From the IMG/VR virus record IMGVR_UViG_3300042691_020140, positions 1-64,000 of that record: a stretch of DNA of 64,000 bases; one strand, 5' to 3'. A program made the translations under genes and the position numbers. The notes below the pieces were generated by a model. The model was not told where the DNA came from, made no database searches, and was given only the letters and a program-made list of their open reading frames with translations. The stretch is from a virus. Below are positions 18,401 through 27,633 of the stretch, one piece after another; position 1 is the first letter of the stretch, and every line of letters begins with the position of its first letter.

Positions 18401-20811
18401 TTAAGTGCAATAGCAGCACCAGAGAATCCTTGTAAAGGGTCAATGATGGCAAGTCTTCTAGCAACATTATCGAGTTGCTCTAAGTCAACATTATACTTTC
18501 TAGTAATCTGTACTAAGCTTGTAAAACCTTGAAGTTGTTCGTTTAAGCTACCACCGAATTTTTGTTGTTGCGTTACCGCTACATCAACTACCTGTGAAAA
18601 CTTGTCGAACCCACCTGCAACCGCATTAATTGTGGCGGCTGTTCTTTCTAACTCGTTAGCTTGTTCGATAAACTGACGTAAGCTTACTACAACCTGACCA
18701 ATTGTTAACTGAAGAAAACCAAATACAGCACTAGTTCTACCAGCAAAGGCTGAAATACGCTCAAAAGGAGTTCTTCTAGCGTCCTCTTCGGCTTGACGTG
18801 CTCTACGAATTTTCGCATCTCGTCGAGCCGCATCTTCACGGTTGTTGCTAACATCGCCGGTAGCAAATCCAGCGGCTCTGAGTTGGGCATCAGTTAAGTT
18901 ACCCATAGCCATTTGGACGTTGTTAGGTCCTATAGTAGGTTGTAAGTTAGTAGGTACTACACCCGCAACAAACAGTTGACGAGCACGGAGTTCCATCGCA
19001 TCCTGTAGACGACCCTCAGAGATAGCTAACTCTTCAGCAGACCTTAGCTCTGCGAATCTTTGAACGTTTAGCTGTTCTACAGCTTTATCAAGAACTCTAT
19101 ACGATTGTATAAGGTCTTGTATTTGTCTAAAAAGTTGACTAGTTACTGCCTCTAACTGTTCGTCACTAATTCCTGGGGAGGCTGCTCTCACTTGAGCACG
19201 TAAGTTGTCTTGGGTAAACGTGCTAAGTGCCTGTATTCTACCACCAGTAGTTCCCTGATTAAAAAACCCTGTTCTATCTAGTAAATCTCTAAATAAAGTA
19301 TTTGGAAGACCAGTTGGTGTGGCTGTATTTAAAGTAGCTAAAGCGTCTCTAAACTTAACATCAACCAAGTTTCTAATTGCACGGTCTGTTGCATTGCTTA
19401 GTCTTACAAAGTTGTCTACAGTATCGCTTTGACCGCCGGGGCTACCTTTTTGAATGTCAACTTCTCTAGCGAGGTCGGATTCAAAAGAGCGAACAGTTGA
19501 CCTAAATTGAGCCAACGCTAAGTCTTGAGGACTTTTACCTCCGGTTGCTTTTGCGGAGGCTTTCTGAGCTCTGTCTAAAATCTGAGTACGCTCTAGTTGA
19601 AGTTGTCTATTTAAATCAGCAATACTTTGGTTAACTGCTGATTCCAATAATTGAACTGACCTAGATAAATCGTTATCTCCCGATACTATTGCAAAATCCC
19701 TCAACTGCTGTAACTGAAGAGTAACCATTGATATACGGTCTTGTACCGCTTGGTCTACTCTGTCAAGTTCAGTTATTAAAGCTGTGCTAGAAAAACCTGC
19801 TCCACCAGCACCAGCAGCCATTTTCTTAGCATCGGAGAATTCTCCCCTACGTATTTTTAATGACTTACCAGTGTCTTTCTCAAAACCTGCCAAAAGCTGT
19901 TGTCTAAGTGCACCGGCTACAGTTTGGTCAACTATACCCGATGTAGGTGAAAGTCCTTGAGGTATTAAAGTAGAGTAAACCTTTTCAAAAGCTTGTGCGT
20001 AATCCCCAGCGTTCTCTTTAACGGCTACTTTAAATAGATTCTCAGCGTTCTTTTGAGCAGTGTTTACAATTTTAGTAGCTTCTCCAGCTAGCTGAGCTAT
20101 ACCAGTTTGAAATCCTCTAGGGGTGATTCGTTCCTCTAACAAACTCTGTTCGTAAAGGTCTAAGTTCTCCCGTAAAGATACGTTAGTTTGACCAACGCCC
20201 CTGATAAACTGAGTTACAGTTTCTAAGTAGCTACCAGCAGGAGAAAATCCACGACTGCGAAGTTCTGCTCCAAATGCTTCAATTTGTCTCTGAGCTTTTG
20301 AAGCCGCATTGTTCTCTTTAAGAACACTCTCAGGAACTAAGCTAGCTCTAACTTTGTCCCGAAGTTCTTGAGCTCTTTTTATCTGTGTAGTAAGCGAGTC
20401 AAGTGTCGGTGCATTAGCTGGGTCGTCAGCATCTAAAGTGCTTTTTACCTTAGAGTAAAATCTAATTAAGTCAGTTAGTGGCCTAGCCCCTTGTGCAGTT
20501 ACACTACTAGCACCGGCTTCTAATTTACGAAGTAATTCCTCACCGTTAAATTGTTTGTAAAACTGACCGAGTAACCCTCTTGATTGTTGATTGATAAAAC
20601 TTTGAAGTTCACGGTCGGTCTCTACTGGTAATCTACTGGACGGGTTTCGTGCCTGTCTTACAGCAGTAGGCGGTGTTTGTAAACTCCTATTATTAGCGTT
20701 TCGGATTACTTCGCCTTGACGCTCAATCTCATTAAATATTCTTGATAACTGTGATTGGGCTTGCGGTATACCACTGGTACTTAAATTAATACCAATGTTT
20801 AGTTCAGCCAT
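15436..20811 (-). CDS. tail tape measure protein
   Basis: 1,791 aa, Ala/Gln/Leu-rich helical and coiled-coil sequence, downstream of the tail tube and chaperones. Confidence 0.9.
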   Translation of the reverse strand: MAELNIGINLSTSGIPQAQSQLSRIFNEIERQGEVIRNANNRSLQTPPTAVRQARNPSSRLPVETDRELQSFINQQSRGLLGQFYKQFNGEELLRKLEAGASSVTAQGARPLTDLIRFYSKVKSTLDADDPANAPTLDSLTTQIKRAQELRDKVRASLVPESVLKENNAASKAQRQIEAFGAELRSRGFSPAGSYLETVTQFIRGVGQTNVSLRENLDLYEQSLLEERITPRGFQTGIAQLAGEATKIVNTAQKNAENLFKVAVKENAGDYAQAFEKVYSTLIPQGLSPTSGIVDQTVAGALRQQLLAGFEKDTGKSLKIRRGEFSDAKKMAAGAGGAGFSSTALITELDRVDQAVQDRISMVTLQLQQLRDFAIVSGDNDLSRSVQLLESAVNQSIADLNRQLQLERTQILDRAQKASAKATGGKSPQDLALAQFRSTVRSFESDLAREVDIQKGSPGGQSDTVDNFVRLSNATDRAIRNLVDVKFRDALATLNTATPTGLPNTLFRDLLDRTGFFNQGTTGGRIQALSTFTQDNLRAQVRAASPGISDEQLEAVTSQLFRQIQDLIQSYRVLDKAVEQLNVQRFAELRSAEELAISEGRLQDAMELRARQLFVAGVVPTNLQPTIGPNNVQMAMGNLTDAQLRAAGFATGDVSNNREDAARRDAKIRRARQAEEDARRTPFERISAFAGRTSAVFGFLQLTIGQVVVSLRQFIEQANELERTAATINAVAGGFDKFSQVVDVAVTQQQKFGGSLNEQLQGFTSLVQITRKYNVDLEQLDNVARRLAIIDPLQGFSGAAIALKEFFSGDITSLSRRFEIDRKTLNSVKDIADETERLQKLDEVLADLGISNAVLEARAQSTAAEYDRLTGNIQNATTLVGTGLQDAFLPTTRALNDWLSNYSDELADVQLRRESTNEALTQIASLSDAFRELSVQFERTEVSPNYFDAINMSITGSESALDSLIEKLNEYIAQINEARIASGELAIPTIRQDETDFATLLNQAGQFGVDTNRILENRVNPENLQGGIDDVLNTEEMMQIAELVNNVDGRFNRLFDMIEYAETGQSGLFGIEGPLARGNIQAQIMASRQQAPQDMVMLETELMPQIRDLLERPIQDLANMAPADRARAEMTYQLDFGNADAAIERYLTRSGARERLDSTGMLTGNATQDAQLMLQMQRADIVLADTAEKRRAEYADYIQTLIDLLGIQEEQPAVYTPPVNPYVQISEELSKIVKLTNDQSFGVDRVNKATEFLNELSRQQSDVVADAVIRQYERNKGLGDANMLMVKQNAELLNVVDTTDEAKAGTLAQLEALSQAQRLQAEYAFEADRSVSVLQVLNSEAGRFNLSMQQIVELALEFNKSMSNFNLGTILPLTSLQDQLSFRMEQLTQGTRANFSSGPRNQDEAFNIASQVIGLTKQMMDKEDKESDADKLAKLEKEYLEDRADAEKDYQKDMKELAEEYYEDMKRLLQESEISKRGNKADFYESLFGMDLTNEQRATYIDQFKGYEAEATKLRGEGNFTAAEAVLETGSQQILNQAKYDAEVIDNKEKIKDADKEIIDLQKDLKDAKEKDDREEIQRKIDKANQDKLDAENRIKQIEGLRQLRADADREEVEQARLKEEQITTDYKKEVEKREQDFKDKLADMEKAYNKSVEERSKTDDAATKQELANRNLVISLEMYRVKVNQLAKLYTMGASDQAIANQKKLIETSESAIMNQAGPELKPIFKGLFDSLDSLDASPAQDLDPAVVQQLRSLSDNTDALSDNTTALTGLVNTLGRVVIGNRLRVTLTP

Positions 20812-20812
20812 G

Positions 20813-21190
20813 TTATTGCTCCAATAAAAGAGAGCGGACTATCGCTTCTTCTGCCTGTATTTCTTCCTTTTCTTTTTTAGCTATTTCTTCCTTACGTCTT
20901 GAGATTTCGCCTAGCTTATCTTTTGTAAGCACTCTAAATAAAATGTCAAAATCTAAAGATGTAGCGTTTCTCATTGACTTTACGTGTAACAAATTTATTT
21001 TATCACTTGGTACTAGATAAGATGTCCAATAAGCAACCTCATCTAATACCAAGTTGGCTATTTCTATGGTATGGTGTATTCCTACATAATTACTCAGGCT
21101 TTGGTAAATCTCTAAGTTCCTGTAGTGTCTTGATGTAGTCATCGAAAGTTCTCTTGTTAATTCGTCCAAGCTTCCAAATGTGTTCTGCAA
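20813..21190 (-). CDS. tail assembly chaperone, second ORF (gpT-like); start uncertain, possibly reached by frameshift
   Basis: Overlaps the upstream chaperone by 101 nt in the +1 frame and ends 1 nt before the tape measure. Confidence 0.55.
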   Translation of the reverse strand: MQNTFGSLDELTRELSMTTSRHYRNLEIYQSLSNYVGIHHTIEIANLVLDEVAYWTSYLVPSDKINLLHVKSMRNATSLDFDILFRVLTKDKLGEISRRKEEIAKKEKEEIQAEEAIVRSLLLEQ

Positions 21191-21485
21191 GTTCTTTCAC
21201 CGTTTCTCCGTGTCCATCTAAAAGCTTACGGGCTTGCACCGGGTTAAGCTTAGGACGAACCACGCCCTCAATTAGTGTATTCAATACAAACTCTGAGTTA
21301 TCTACTGTCCCGTCCTTTTGAGAGAGTTTATTAATCTTCTCCATTTGGGCGAAAGATAGTGCTCTGATTCTAAGCCTCTTTGTCATACCCTGTAACTGAA
21401 CATCAATTTCAATGGTTTGGTCTTCTTTAAGGAAATCATCTACGTCCTCGTAGTAATCCCCACTTCCCGTCATAAAATCAAGCAT
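21090..21485 (-). CDS. tail assembly chaperone (gpG-like)
   Basis: Between tail tube and tape measure; LRIRALS...GVVRPKL pattern. Confidence 0.7.
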   Translation of the reverse strand: MLDFMTGSGDYYEDVDDFLKEDQTIEIDVQLQGMTKRLRIRALSFAQMEKINKLSQKDGTVDNSEFVLNTLIEGVVRPKLNPVQARKLLDGHGETVKELAEHIWKLGRINKRTFDDYIKTLQELRDLPKPE

Positions 21486-21501
21486 GTGTTTCTCCTTTAA
21501 A

Positions 21502-21536
21502 TAAAAACACCCCCCACGCTTTGCATGGGGGATGTT
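21502..21536 (-). terminator. terminator after the major tail gene
   Basis: CCCCCA/TGGGGG stem followed by a T-run on the minus strand. Confidence 0.6.
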
Positions 21537-21544
21537 GGTTTAAT

Positions 21545-21988
21545 TTACGCTTCGCCACTCGAAGTGGTCGTTGTGCTAGCATACAAATTAAATCCGCCGT
21601 TATCCGTAAAGTCGAATGACATTGTAACAGCGTCCCCTGCACTATTCGTAACGTTATAGCCAGTAATAATTCCTGATGGAACTTCCCAAGTGTAACCGCC
21701 TTTAGAAATCAATCTAAGGCCTACCTCGATACCGCTATTTGCGGCGTTAATCAACGATGTATGTACATCGGTTCGGTTGATTGGCAGAGTAACATCGAAG
21801 CTACCCGTGATTCTCTTTGTGGTGGTAAACGTGTAAATCTTTCCGTCGTCGTTAAGAAATGGACCTTGATCCACCTGCGACGTATTCAAAGTTGCTTGCC
21901 ACTGAGAGATGAATCTAGCATTAACGTACTCGTTGCTGCCAGAAGCCTTAATCTTCAGCCAACCATCAAGACCTTTGATAATGGTCAT
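21545..21988 (-). CDS. major tail tube protein
   Basis: 147 aa, G-x-DG start, ITGSFD and MSFDF strands; synteny. Confidence 0.75.
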   Translation of the reverse strand: MTIIKGLDGWLKIKASGSNEYVNARFISQWQATLNTSQVDQGPFLNDDGKIYTFTTTKRITGSFDVTLPINRTDVHTSLINAANSGIEVGLRLISKGGYTWEVPSGIITGYNVTNSAGDAVTMSFDFTDNGGFNLYASTTTTSSGEA

Positions 21989-22002
21989 GTCTGTTTTTTC
22001 TC

Positions 22003-22434
22003 CTAATAATCAGTTGGAAATATATAAGTTTCCATAGTAACGGCGGCCGTATAAATGTAACCATCCGTCAACCGCTCTACAGGAAAACTTGGAACTTCGT
22101 AAACACAGTATCTGACACTGTGGGGAACGTGCACTCCACTAACCGTAATGGTTTTTGTAGTAGAAATTTCAGTAATTACTTCTGCTAGTCTATCTTGAGC
22201 TTCACTAAACGTATTAGCCATAGAACGAAATGTAATCAGTCCCTCCCAATAGCTGTCGTTAAGCATAAGATTAGCATAAGACTGGTTAACTACTGGCTGG
22301 TACACTAAAACAGGAAATACTGAGTTAACTGGAGCTACTTGATAGTAAACACGACCGCTGTATGTAGGCATAATACCGCTTAAGGAACGGGCTATAAATT
22401 TCCAAATATTTGCGTAAAGTAGCGGGTCGTACAT
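22003..22434 (-). CDS. tail terminator/completion protein
   Basis: GRVYYQVAP...FPVLVY pattern; precedes the tail tube. Confidence 0.65.
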   Translation of the reverse strand: MYDPLLYANIWKFIARSLSGIMPTYSGRVYYQVAPVNSVFPVLVYQPVVNQSYANLMLNDSYWEGLITFRSMANTFSEAQDRLAEVITEISTTKTITVSGVHVPHSVRYCVYEVPSFPVERLTDGYIYTAAVTMETYIFPTDY

Positions 22435-22435
22435 C

Positions 22436-23191
22436 TTATCTCCTAATTCTCAGTCCACCTAACGGTCGTCTACTGTACAGAAGACTATCGTCTATTCCAG
22501 CTTTTATAGGTATTTTTACTGTGCTGAAAGATCCTATTCTGGAAGTAAACTTACTAACTACTGGTTCGCTTGGGAAAACTACCTGCTTACTCATATACGA
22601 GGGAACAAGCGTTTTTTGGTTTTTTGAGTATGCTAAAGTAAATTTAGCTACTGCTTGTTGTAATCTAGCGGTAACTTCCTTACGGTAATCGTTAACTCTA
22701 CCGATAGGCGGTGATTTATCTGGGTTAAACCTGTCACTAAGCATTGCATCAGCAGCAAGAAGAATACCTACTCTTAAGTAACCTACTCCTTTTATTCGTG
22801 AGCCCGGTTTTCCTGCATATTCTTTTTTTCTTTTAGGATTTGGTCTGTACGGGGCTTTCCATAGGGGGTTTTCTTCTTTGTAACCAAATTCTTGTACAAT
22901 TGCTTTAGGTGAGTCATTTTCTACATTAACTACAAGACCGTCTTCATCATAATAACTTTCTATGGATTGTTTAAGAGTCGTTCCCCGATAATCATACCCA
23001 GCAGGACTATTAAGACCACGGTCTCCATAGTTAAAAGGGGCAATAGTAATAATAGCTTTACTTGCACGAGACCCGAATTTTTTTACAATATTATCAACGC
23101 CTTTAAAGTATTGGTCAATATAAAATTTAGGATTTATTGTACCCTTTGTTATTGCTATTTCTAATTTGGGAGGTATATAACGTACAGCCAT
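22436..23191 (-). CDS. neck protein (HK97 gp10-like)
   Basis: Basic protein with AP...LKQSI...QEFG pattern; synteny. Confidence 0.5.
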   Translation of the reverse strand: MAVRYIPPKLEIAITKGTINPKFYIDQYFKGVDNIVKKFGSRASKAIITIAPFNYGDRGLNSPAGYDYRGTTLKQSIESYYDEDGLVVNVENDSPKAIVQEFGYKEENPLWKAPYRPNPKRKKEYAGKPGSRIKGVGYLRVGILLAADAMLSDRFNPDKSPPIGRVNDYRKEVTARLQQAVAKFTLAYSKNQKTLVPSYMSKQVVFPSEPVVSKFTSRIGSFSTVKIPIKAGIDDSLLYSRRPLGGLRIRR

Positions 23192-23572
23192 TTAATCAAG
23201 TTCCTCCACAAAAATAATTTGGGCCCCCATCATCTCGTGCTTAATGGGTACATACTTAATGTCGTATTGCTTTCCGTTATAAATAATTCTATCTCTAATA
23301 GTAACAGTTAAACTGTAAGGAATCTGTATTCTATAAAGTTGTCTAGTTGACGATTGTTGTAGTGCTCTAAACTGAGCAGCTACTGAGGAGGTAACGTCTC
23401 CAGAACGATTAATAATACGGCACATTATATTTTCAGGAGGTGCGTAGCTTTGTACTATACCACCATCTTCTGTAGTTGTACCTAAAAATCTTCTTAGTTG
23501 TGCGGGGCTTTTTAAAAACTCTTCGGCTTTCTGACGTATAAGTAGTACGTCGTTTAAATTAACTATTGTCAT
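23192..23572 (-). CDS. head closure/head-tail adaptor
   Basis: IRDRIIYNGKQYDIKYV pattern of SPP1 gp16-like proteins. Confidence 0.7.
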   Translation of the reverse strand: MTIVNLNDVLLIRQKAEEFLKSPAQLRRFLGTTTEDGGIVQSYAPPENIMCRIINRSGDVTSSVAAQFRALQQSSTRQLYRIQIPYSLTVTIRDRIIYNGKQYDIKYVPIKHEMMGAQIIFVEELD

Positions 23573-24065
23573 TTAATTGTTTAATGCGGTCTTCGAGTAA
23601 CTGTACTCGTTTAACTGACTTGTTCAAATCAACTGCAAGTTGCTTCAACCGCACAAGAGTGAATGAGCTTGAGAGTTTAGTAACCTCAGATGCAAAGTCA
23701 TCATTACTGCGGATTGACAAGATTTGTACAAGTTGGTCATCACTCATTGTGTTAGTCTCATCAACTGACTCACCTGCACCAGTGTAAACTTTGAGCAAAC
23801 CTCTTTCAATAAGACGTTTATTCAAACGAACAAAAGCGTCGGCTTCGTATTGCGAGTAAAGCTCGATTACCTCATCCTCATAGTTGAACTTCAGCTCTTT
23901 GTTTACCGTGTCGTAATTATCAGGGTCTGTGGCTAAAATCCAGCTGACTGTATTTTTATGGTCGTAAGGATCAATTCTGTTTCCTGATACCATATGCACA
24001 GGTACTTTAGCGTATCTGCGGAAAACTTTATCTGATAGTTCGTGGTAAATGTTTTGTTTAGACAT
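23559..24065 (-). CDS. hypothetical protein downstream of the capsid gene
   Basis: GAGG RBS; in the operon. Confidence 0.6.
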   Translation of the reverse strand: MSKQNIYHELSDKVFRRYAKVPVHMVSGNRIDPYDHKNTVSWILATDPDNYDTVNKELKFNYEDEVIELYSQYEADAFVRLNKRLIERGLLKVYTGAGESVDETNTMSDDQLVQILSIRSNDDFASEVTKLSSSFTLVRLKQLAVDLNKSVKRVQLLEDRIKQLNDNS

Positions 24066-24110
24066 AATCCTCTAAGGGGGAATTTCTTCCCCCATCCTTT
24101 CTATAGTTTA

Positions 24111-25064
24111 TTAGGCAGTGAGCTTAATCACGCCGAGGTTCTCAGCAGCATCAACAACCATACCGTACTGCATCCAAGCATTGAGAACATAGTCAGCCGG
24201 TTGCATCGTCATATCAGTGTAATCCTGATACTCAACACCACCATACATCATAATCTCACCAGCGTTAGCACCGACAACAAGAATCTTGTCATCAGGAATC
24301 AAACGCTGTCTCATCTGTGGAAGTTGGTTAGCGAACACCTGTGGCAACTCAACAAGGGTAATACCCTTATAGGCTGAAACTCTGTTGGTGTTCAAGTACT
24401 CAAGCAACTTAGGAGTTACTGGGTAGGCCAAGTTGTTAATCGTGTTGTCCATGTATTGATACTCACGCCAACCAGCGAACTGGTAAATTGGCATAAGTGC
24501 TCTACGGGTACCGATAATCGCTCTGACCTGACCAGCGTAATCGAGAACGTTCTCAATCATCGTGTCCAAAGTCGTATAGGTGAGCGAAGCAGTCTCGACG
24601 TAGTTCGATGGGGTATCAGTGTTGTTCCAAACTGACGAAAGGAGATTGAAGACCTTAGTGACCAAGTTGTCGGTCAAGTCGAGCTGCATTTGCTGACGCA
24701 TACGCTCCACACTGGTCAAATCGCCGTTACGTAGATTCCACGTTGACTCACGAGCACCGGTAATAAGCCGGTCGAACATGTACGTGTGGAAGTCCTGTAC
24801 GTCGGTTGGTTGGCTAACCAAGTGGTTAGTGCCCGGAACCATGCTTTGAACGCCATAACGTCCACGACGTACACGCTTGATGATAGTGTCACCAAGAGTA
24901 GCCTGTCGTACAGGCATAAAAGTTGAGAAGAGGTCAAGTGTCAGATGGTTTGGCTCAACCAACTGAATGATAATCTCGGCAAAGGCAGACTTACCATTAG
25001 GACCCTGACCTGCGGTCTTAGCGGCCTCCGCCAAAGCACGCATAATTTCTTGCTTATTTTCCAT
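24111..25064 (-). CDS. major capsid protein
   Basis: About 317 aa from ATG 25064 (the track starts at TTG 25085); follows protease/scaffold and decoration genes; biased codon use; GC hairpin downstream at about 24075-24093. Confidence 0.8.
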   Translation of the reverse strand: MENKQEIMRALAEAAKTAGQGPNGKSAFAEIIIQLVEPNHLTLDLFSTFMPVRQATLGDTIIKRVRRGRYGVQSMVPGTNHLVSQPTDVQDFHTYMFDRLITGARESTWNLRNGDLTSVERMRQQMQLDLTDNLVTKVFNLLSSVWNNTDTPSNYVETASLTYTTLDTMIENVLDYAGQVRAIIGTRRALMPIYQFAGWREYQYMDNTINNLAYPVTPKLLEYLNTNRVSAYKGITLVELPQVFANQLPQMRQRLIPDDKILVVGANAGEIMMYGGVEYQDYTDMTMQPADYVLNAWMQYGMVVDAAENLGVIKLTA

Positions 25065-25085
25065 TATTTTTTCTATTTTCTCCAA

Positions 25086-25613
25086 TTAGTAAAGAATGAT
25101 ATAAAGGGTTTCGGTCAGAGCGTCGTATCTATCAATTTCACCAACAGCATTAGCTGAAGCGGTGTACTCGAACATACCACTGGCGGCAACCTTAATCTTA
25201 TTTCCGGGAATCTTAATGTTAGCACTATCTACAAAACAACCAGTCGTAATACCAATCTTACCCCAGTGAAGACCAATTAACTCACCACTAAAGGCAGATG
25301 GCTCTTTCCATTGTGAGCGTGGGACAAGGTACTGAGTCTGAGTAAGCGTTGGATTACCGTAGATGCTTGCATCATTAATGTTGTACTGCTGTAAGAATGG
25401 AGCAGTGTACATATCGGCAATCGTCGGTCTTGGAAAATTGTCGGGTGGAAAGAAAGCCACGTAAACACCTTGAGTGGTGTTAGCGGCGGCGTAGGTCACA
25501 TTGGGCAAGTCGTATCGAACACCCGAGGCACCTACAACAACAGCACGACCCTCGACGATAGTCGTAGCCGCCACGCCCTGACGAGAGCGCATTGAAGTAA
25601 CAAGTACAGCCAT
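25086..25613 (-). CDS. capsid decoration/cement protein (paralog 1)
   Basis: Directly upstream of the MCP; VEGRAV and PPDNFPRPT motifs. Confidence 0.6.
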   Translation of the reverse strand: MAVLVTSMRSRQGVAATTIVEGRAVVVGASGVRYDLPNVTYAAANTTQGVYVAFFPPDNFPRPTIADMYTAPFLQQYNINDASIYGNPTLTQTQYLVPRSQWKEPSAFSGELIGLHWGKIGITTGCFVDSANIKIPGNKIKVAASGMFEYTASANAVGEIDRYDALTETLYIILY

Positions 25614-25655
25614 GTTTTATTTTTACCTCTTTGATTTTAGACTTCCGTCTAATTT

Positions 25656-26192
25656 TTAAAATACATTTATAAACAGCATCCCAGTAGAGTGAATGTAATC
25701 AATCGTCTCTGCTACTGCAGTGGGATGGTTTTTGTCTACATTTAGAAATCTTCCATTGTTTGAAACAGCTAAGCTAGTACCGTGCTGAATTATCTGTGAT
25801 GTATGTTGATAACATTCTTCAGTTATTCCTATGATACCTTTGTATAAAGCTAATTTTTCATATCTATTAATAGTAGGAGCTTTCATTGTTGAATGTTTCA
25901 CTAACCAATACTCTTCAGAAAATATAGGATTATCATAAATAGCTGCATCTTCTAGATTATATATTGCTTTATATGTAGCTGTGTACAAATCTCTGGGTGT
26001 TGGTAGGGGAAAGTTATCTGGTGGATGTAAAGCTACCCAAACTTTTTTTGTGTTGTTGTTACTAGGGTATTCTACACTAGGTAAATCATCTACAAATTGG
26101 TTTACTTCAAAAATAACTGCCCTACCTTCAACCACATTATGTTTACCCGCAACCGCTTGAATACTGTAGCGAGGGTTTACAACTACAGCCAC
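25656..26192 (-). CDS. capsid decoration-like protein (paralog 2)
   Basis: Shares MAV start, VEGRAV, PPDNFPxPT, DAxIYxNP and IGIT-x2-C with 25086..25613. Confidence 0.6.
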   Translation of the reverse strand: MAVVVNPRYSIQAVAGKHNVVEGRAVIFEVNQFVDDLPSVEYPSNNNTKKVWVALHPPDNFPLPTPRDLYTATYKAIYNLEDAAIYDNPIFSEEYWLVKHSTMKAPTINRYEKLALYKGIIGITEECYQHTSQIIQHGTSLAVSNNGRFLNVDKNHPTAVAETIDYIHSTGMLFINVF

Positions 26193-26410
26193 CTAGAGCG
26201 ATTTTCCTTAAAAAGTTGTTTAACTTTTTGTGCGAGTTCTTTAGCTTCAGCAGTTGCTTCGGAAAAAAGTTGTTCTCCAATGGTCAATCCCATCCAGTAA
26301 GCTTGGGCCTCCTCAGGAGTCTCGAAACACTGCATAGGTTCCGTATCTCCCTCTCGGTAAACACAGTAGTTGTGAACTCTATTTCCACCCTCTTTGTATT
26401 CAAACGGCAT
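26183..26410 (-). CDS. small hypothetical protein in the head operon
   Basis: 75 aa, coupled between neighbours. Confidence 0.55.
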   Translation of the reverse strand: MPFEYKEGGNRVHNYCVYREGDTEPMQCFETPEEAQAYWMGLTIGEQLFSEATAEAKELAQKVKQLFKENRSRWL

Positions 26411-26415
26411 AGTTA

Positions 26416-27633
26416 TTAACCCTTCTTGATTTTCTTAATTGCGTCCACTAATTTAGCCACGTCACTTACGTTACTTTGTGGGACTCTGGGTTCTGGAATA
26501 ACAGGGTCATCTTGATTCTTTGAGGCTTGAGTTCTCTTTGAAGCAAAATCTTTGATAACATACTCAAGTGACTCTTCGTCAAGCTTAGCGTAAAACTCTA
26601 CCTTTTCCTCGGCTTCTGACTGATTAAAACCAGCCTGAATAAGACGGTTGATTACATTCTGCCGCTTTTCGGCTTCGACCCGCTTTGCTTCGGCTTCTTT
26701 GTAGGTTTCATTTTCTTTCCGTACTGCATCAAGTTCTGACTCCTTTTCTGTGAGGGATGCTTTAAGCATCTCAATTTCTTTTTGTAATTCTTCCATTTTT
26801 TGTTTTTCTGCAACCTTTAGTAATTTAGTTCGGTTTCCATAAGCTGGTGTATCTACGATACAAGTACCAGCAAAAGTGACATTCCTCAGCCAGTTTACTC
26901 CATCGACCTCATCGGCTTGTGTGTAATAAACTTCCCAAGAAGTGCCAATGTACTCACGCTCCTCAGCGACTGACTTAAGGAGTTTGTATACATCTGAAAA
27001 TTCGTCTCCCCAAATCATAGCCTCTGCTTTAATTACGTCTCGTCCCTCATGAACATCCTCGTAAACAGATGTAATCGGTCCGATAGGTACTGCATTAGCA
27101 TGACCACCGTAGGATGACTCTGACATTGCAATTTTAATAGGCATATTAAGCGCAGTCTTGATAATGTTCTGCTTTTCCTCTAAAGGAATACCCTCATTGT
27201 TTGCATTTGGTTCAAAGTCGGTTAAGATAAGTTCTATCTTTCTAAGTAACGGATTGTTTACGTCAGTCTCTGCTAACTTTAACTTTCCGGGGAGAGTGGC
27301 TGAAGTTGATTTTTTATCTGCGCTATCCATTTGCCTCACTAAGCTAGAGAACCATGCTTTACCAGCACCGCCACCCCAGAGTAACCAACTCACCCAAGCA
27401 GGTGAGTCCTTAGGGGCATTTGCAAAACGAGCATTGCGCCCGAAGAATCTGTTACCCATTCGTGCACGTTCTGGTGAAACGTTGTCTCCGCTGACATATT
27501 TTCTAGCCCAAGCAACGGTAGCTGGCTCTAGACCGCTACCGCTTAGACCTTTCTCATGAAGTTCAAGACCTCTCCGTGCAGCACTTTTAACGCCGTCTGG
27601 AGGGCTGAAGTTAATATTTGAATACTTAGACAA
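26416..27633 (-). CDS. prohead protease/scaffold with extra N-terminal domain
   Basis: GH...PIG, GTSWEV and FAGTCIVDTPAY protease-like motifs; C-terminal coiled coil; N-terminal PPDGVKSAARRGLE...WLLWGG module. Confidence 0.7.
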   Translation of the reverse strand: MSKYSNINFSPPDGVKSAARRGLELHEKGLSGSGLEPATVAWARKYVSGDNVSPERARMGNRFFGRNARFANAPKDSPAWVSWLLWGGGAGKAWFSSLVRQMDSADKKSTSATLPGKLKLAETDVNNPLLRKIELILTDFEPNANNEGIPLEEKQNIIKTALNMPIKIAMSESSYGGHANAVPIGPITSVYEDVHEGRDVIKAEAMIWGDEFSDVYKLLKSVAEEREYIGTSWEVYYTQADEVDGVNWLRNVTFAGTCIVDTPAYGNRTKLLKVAEKQKMEELQKEIEMLKASLTEKESELDAVRKENETYKEAEAKRVEAEKRQNVINRLIQAGFNQSEAEEKVEFYAKLDEESLEYVIKDFASKRTQASKNQDDPVIPEPRVPQSNVSDVAKLVDAIKKIKKG

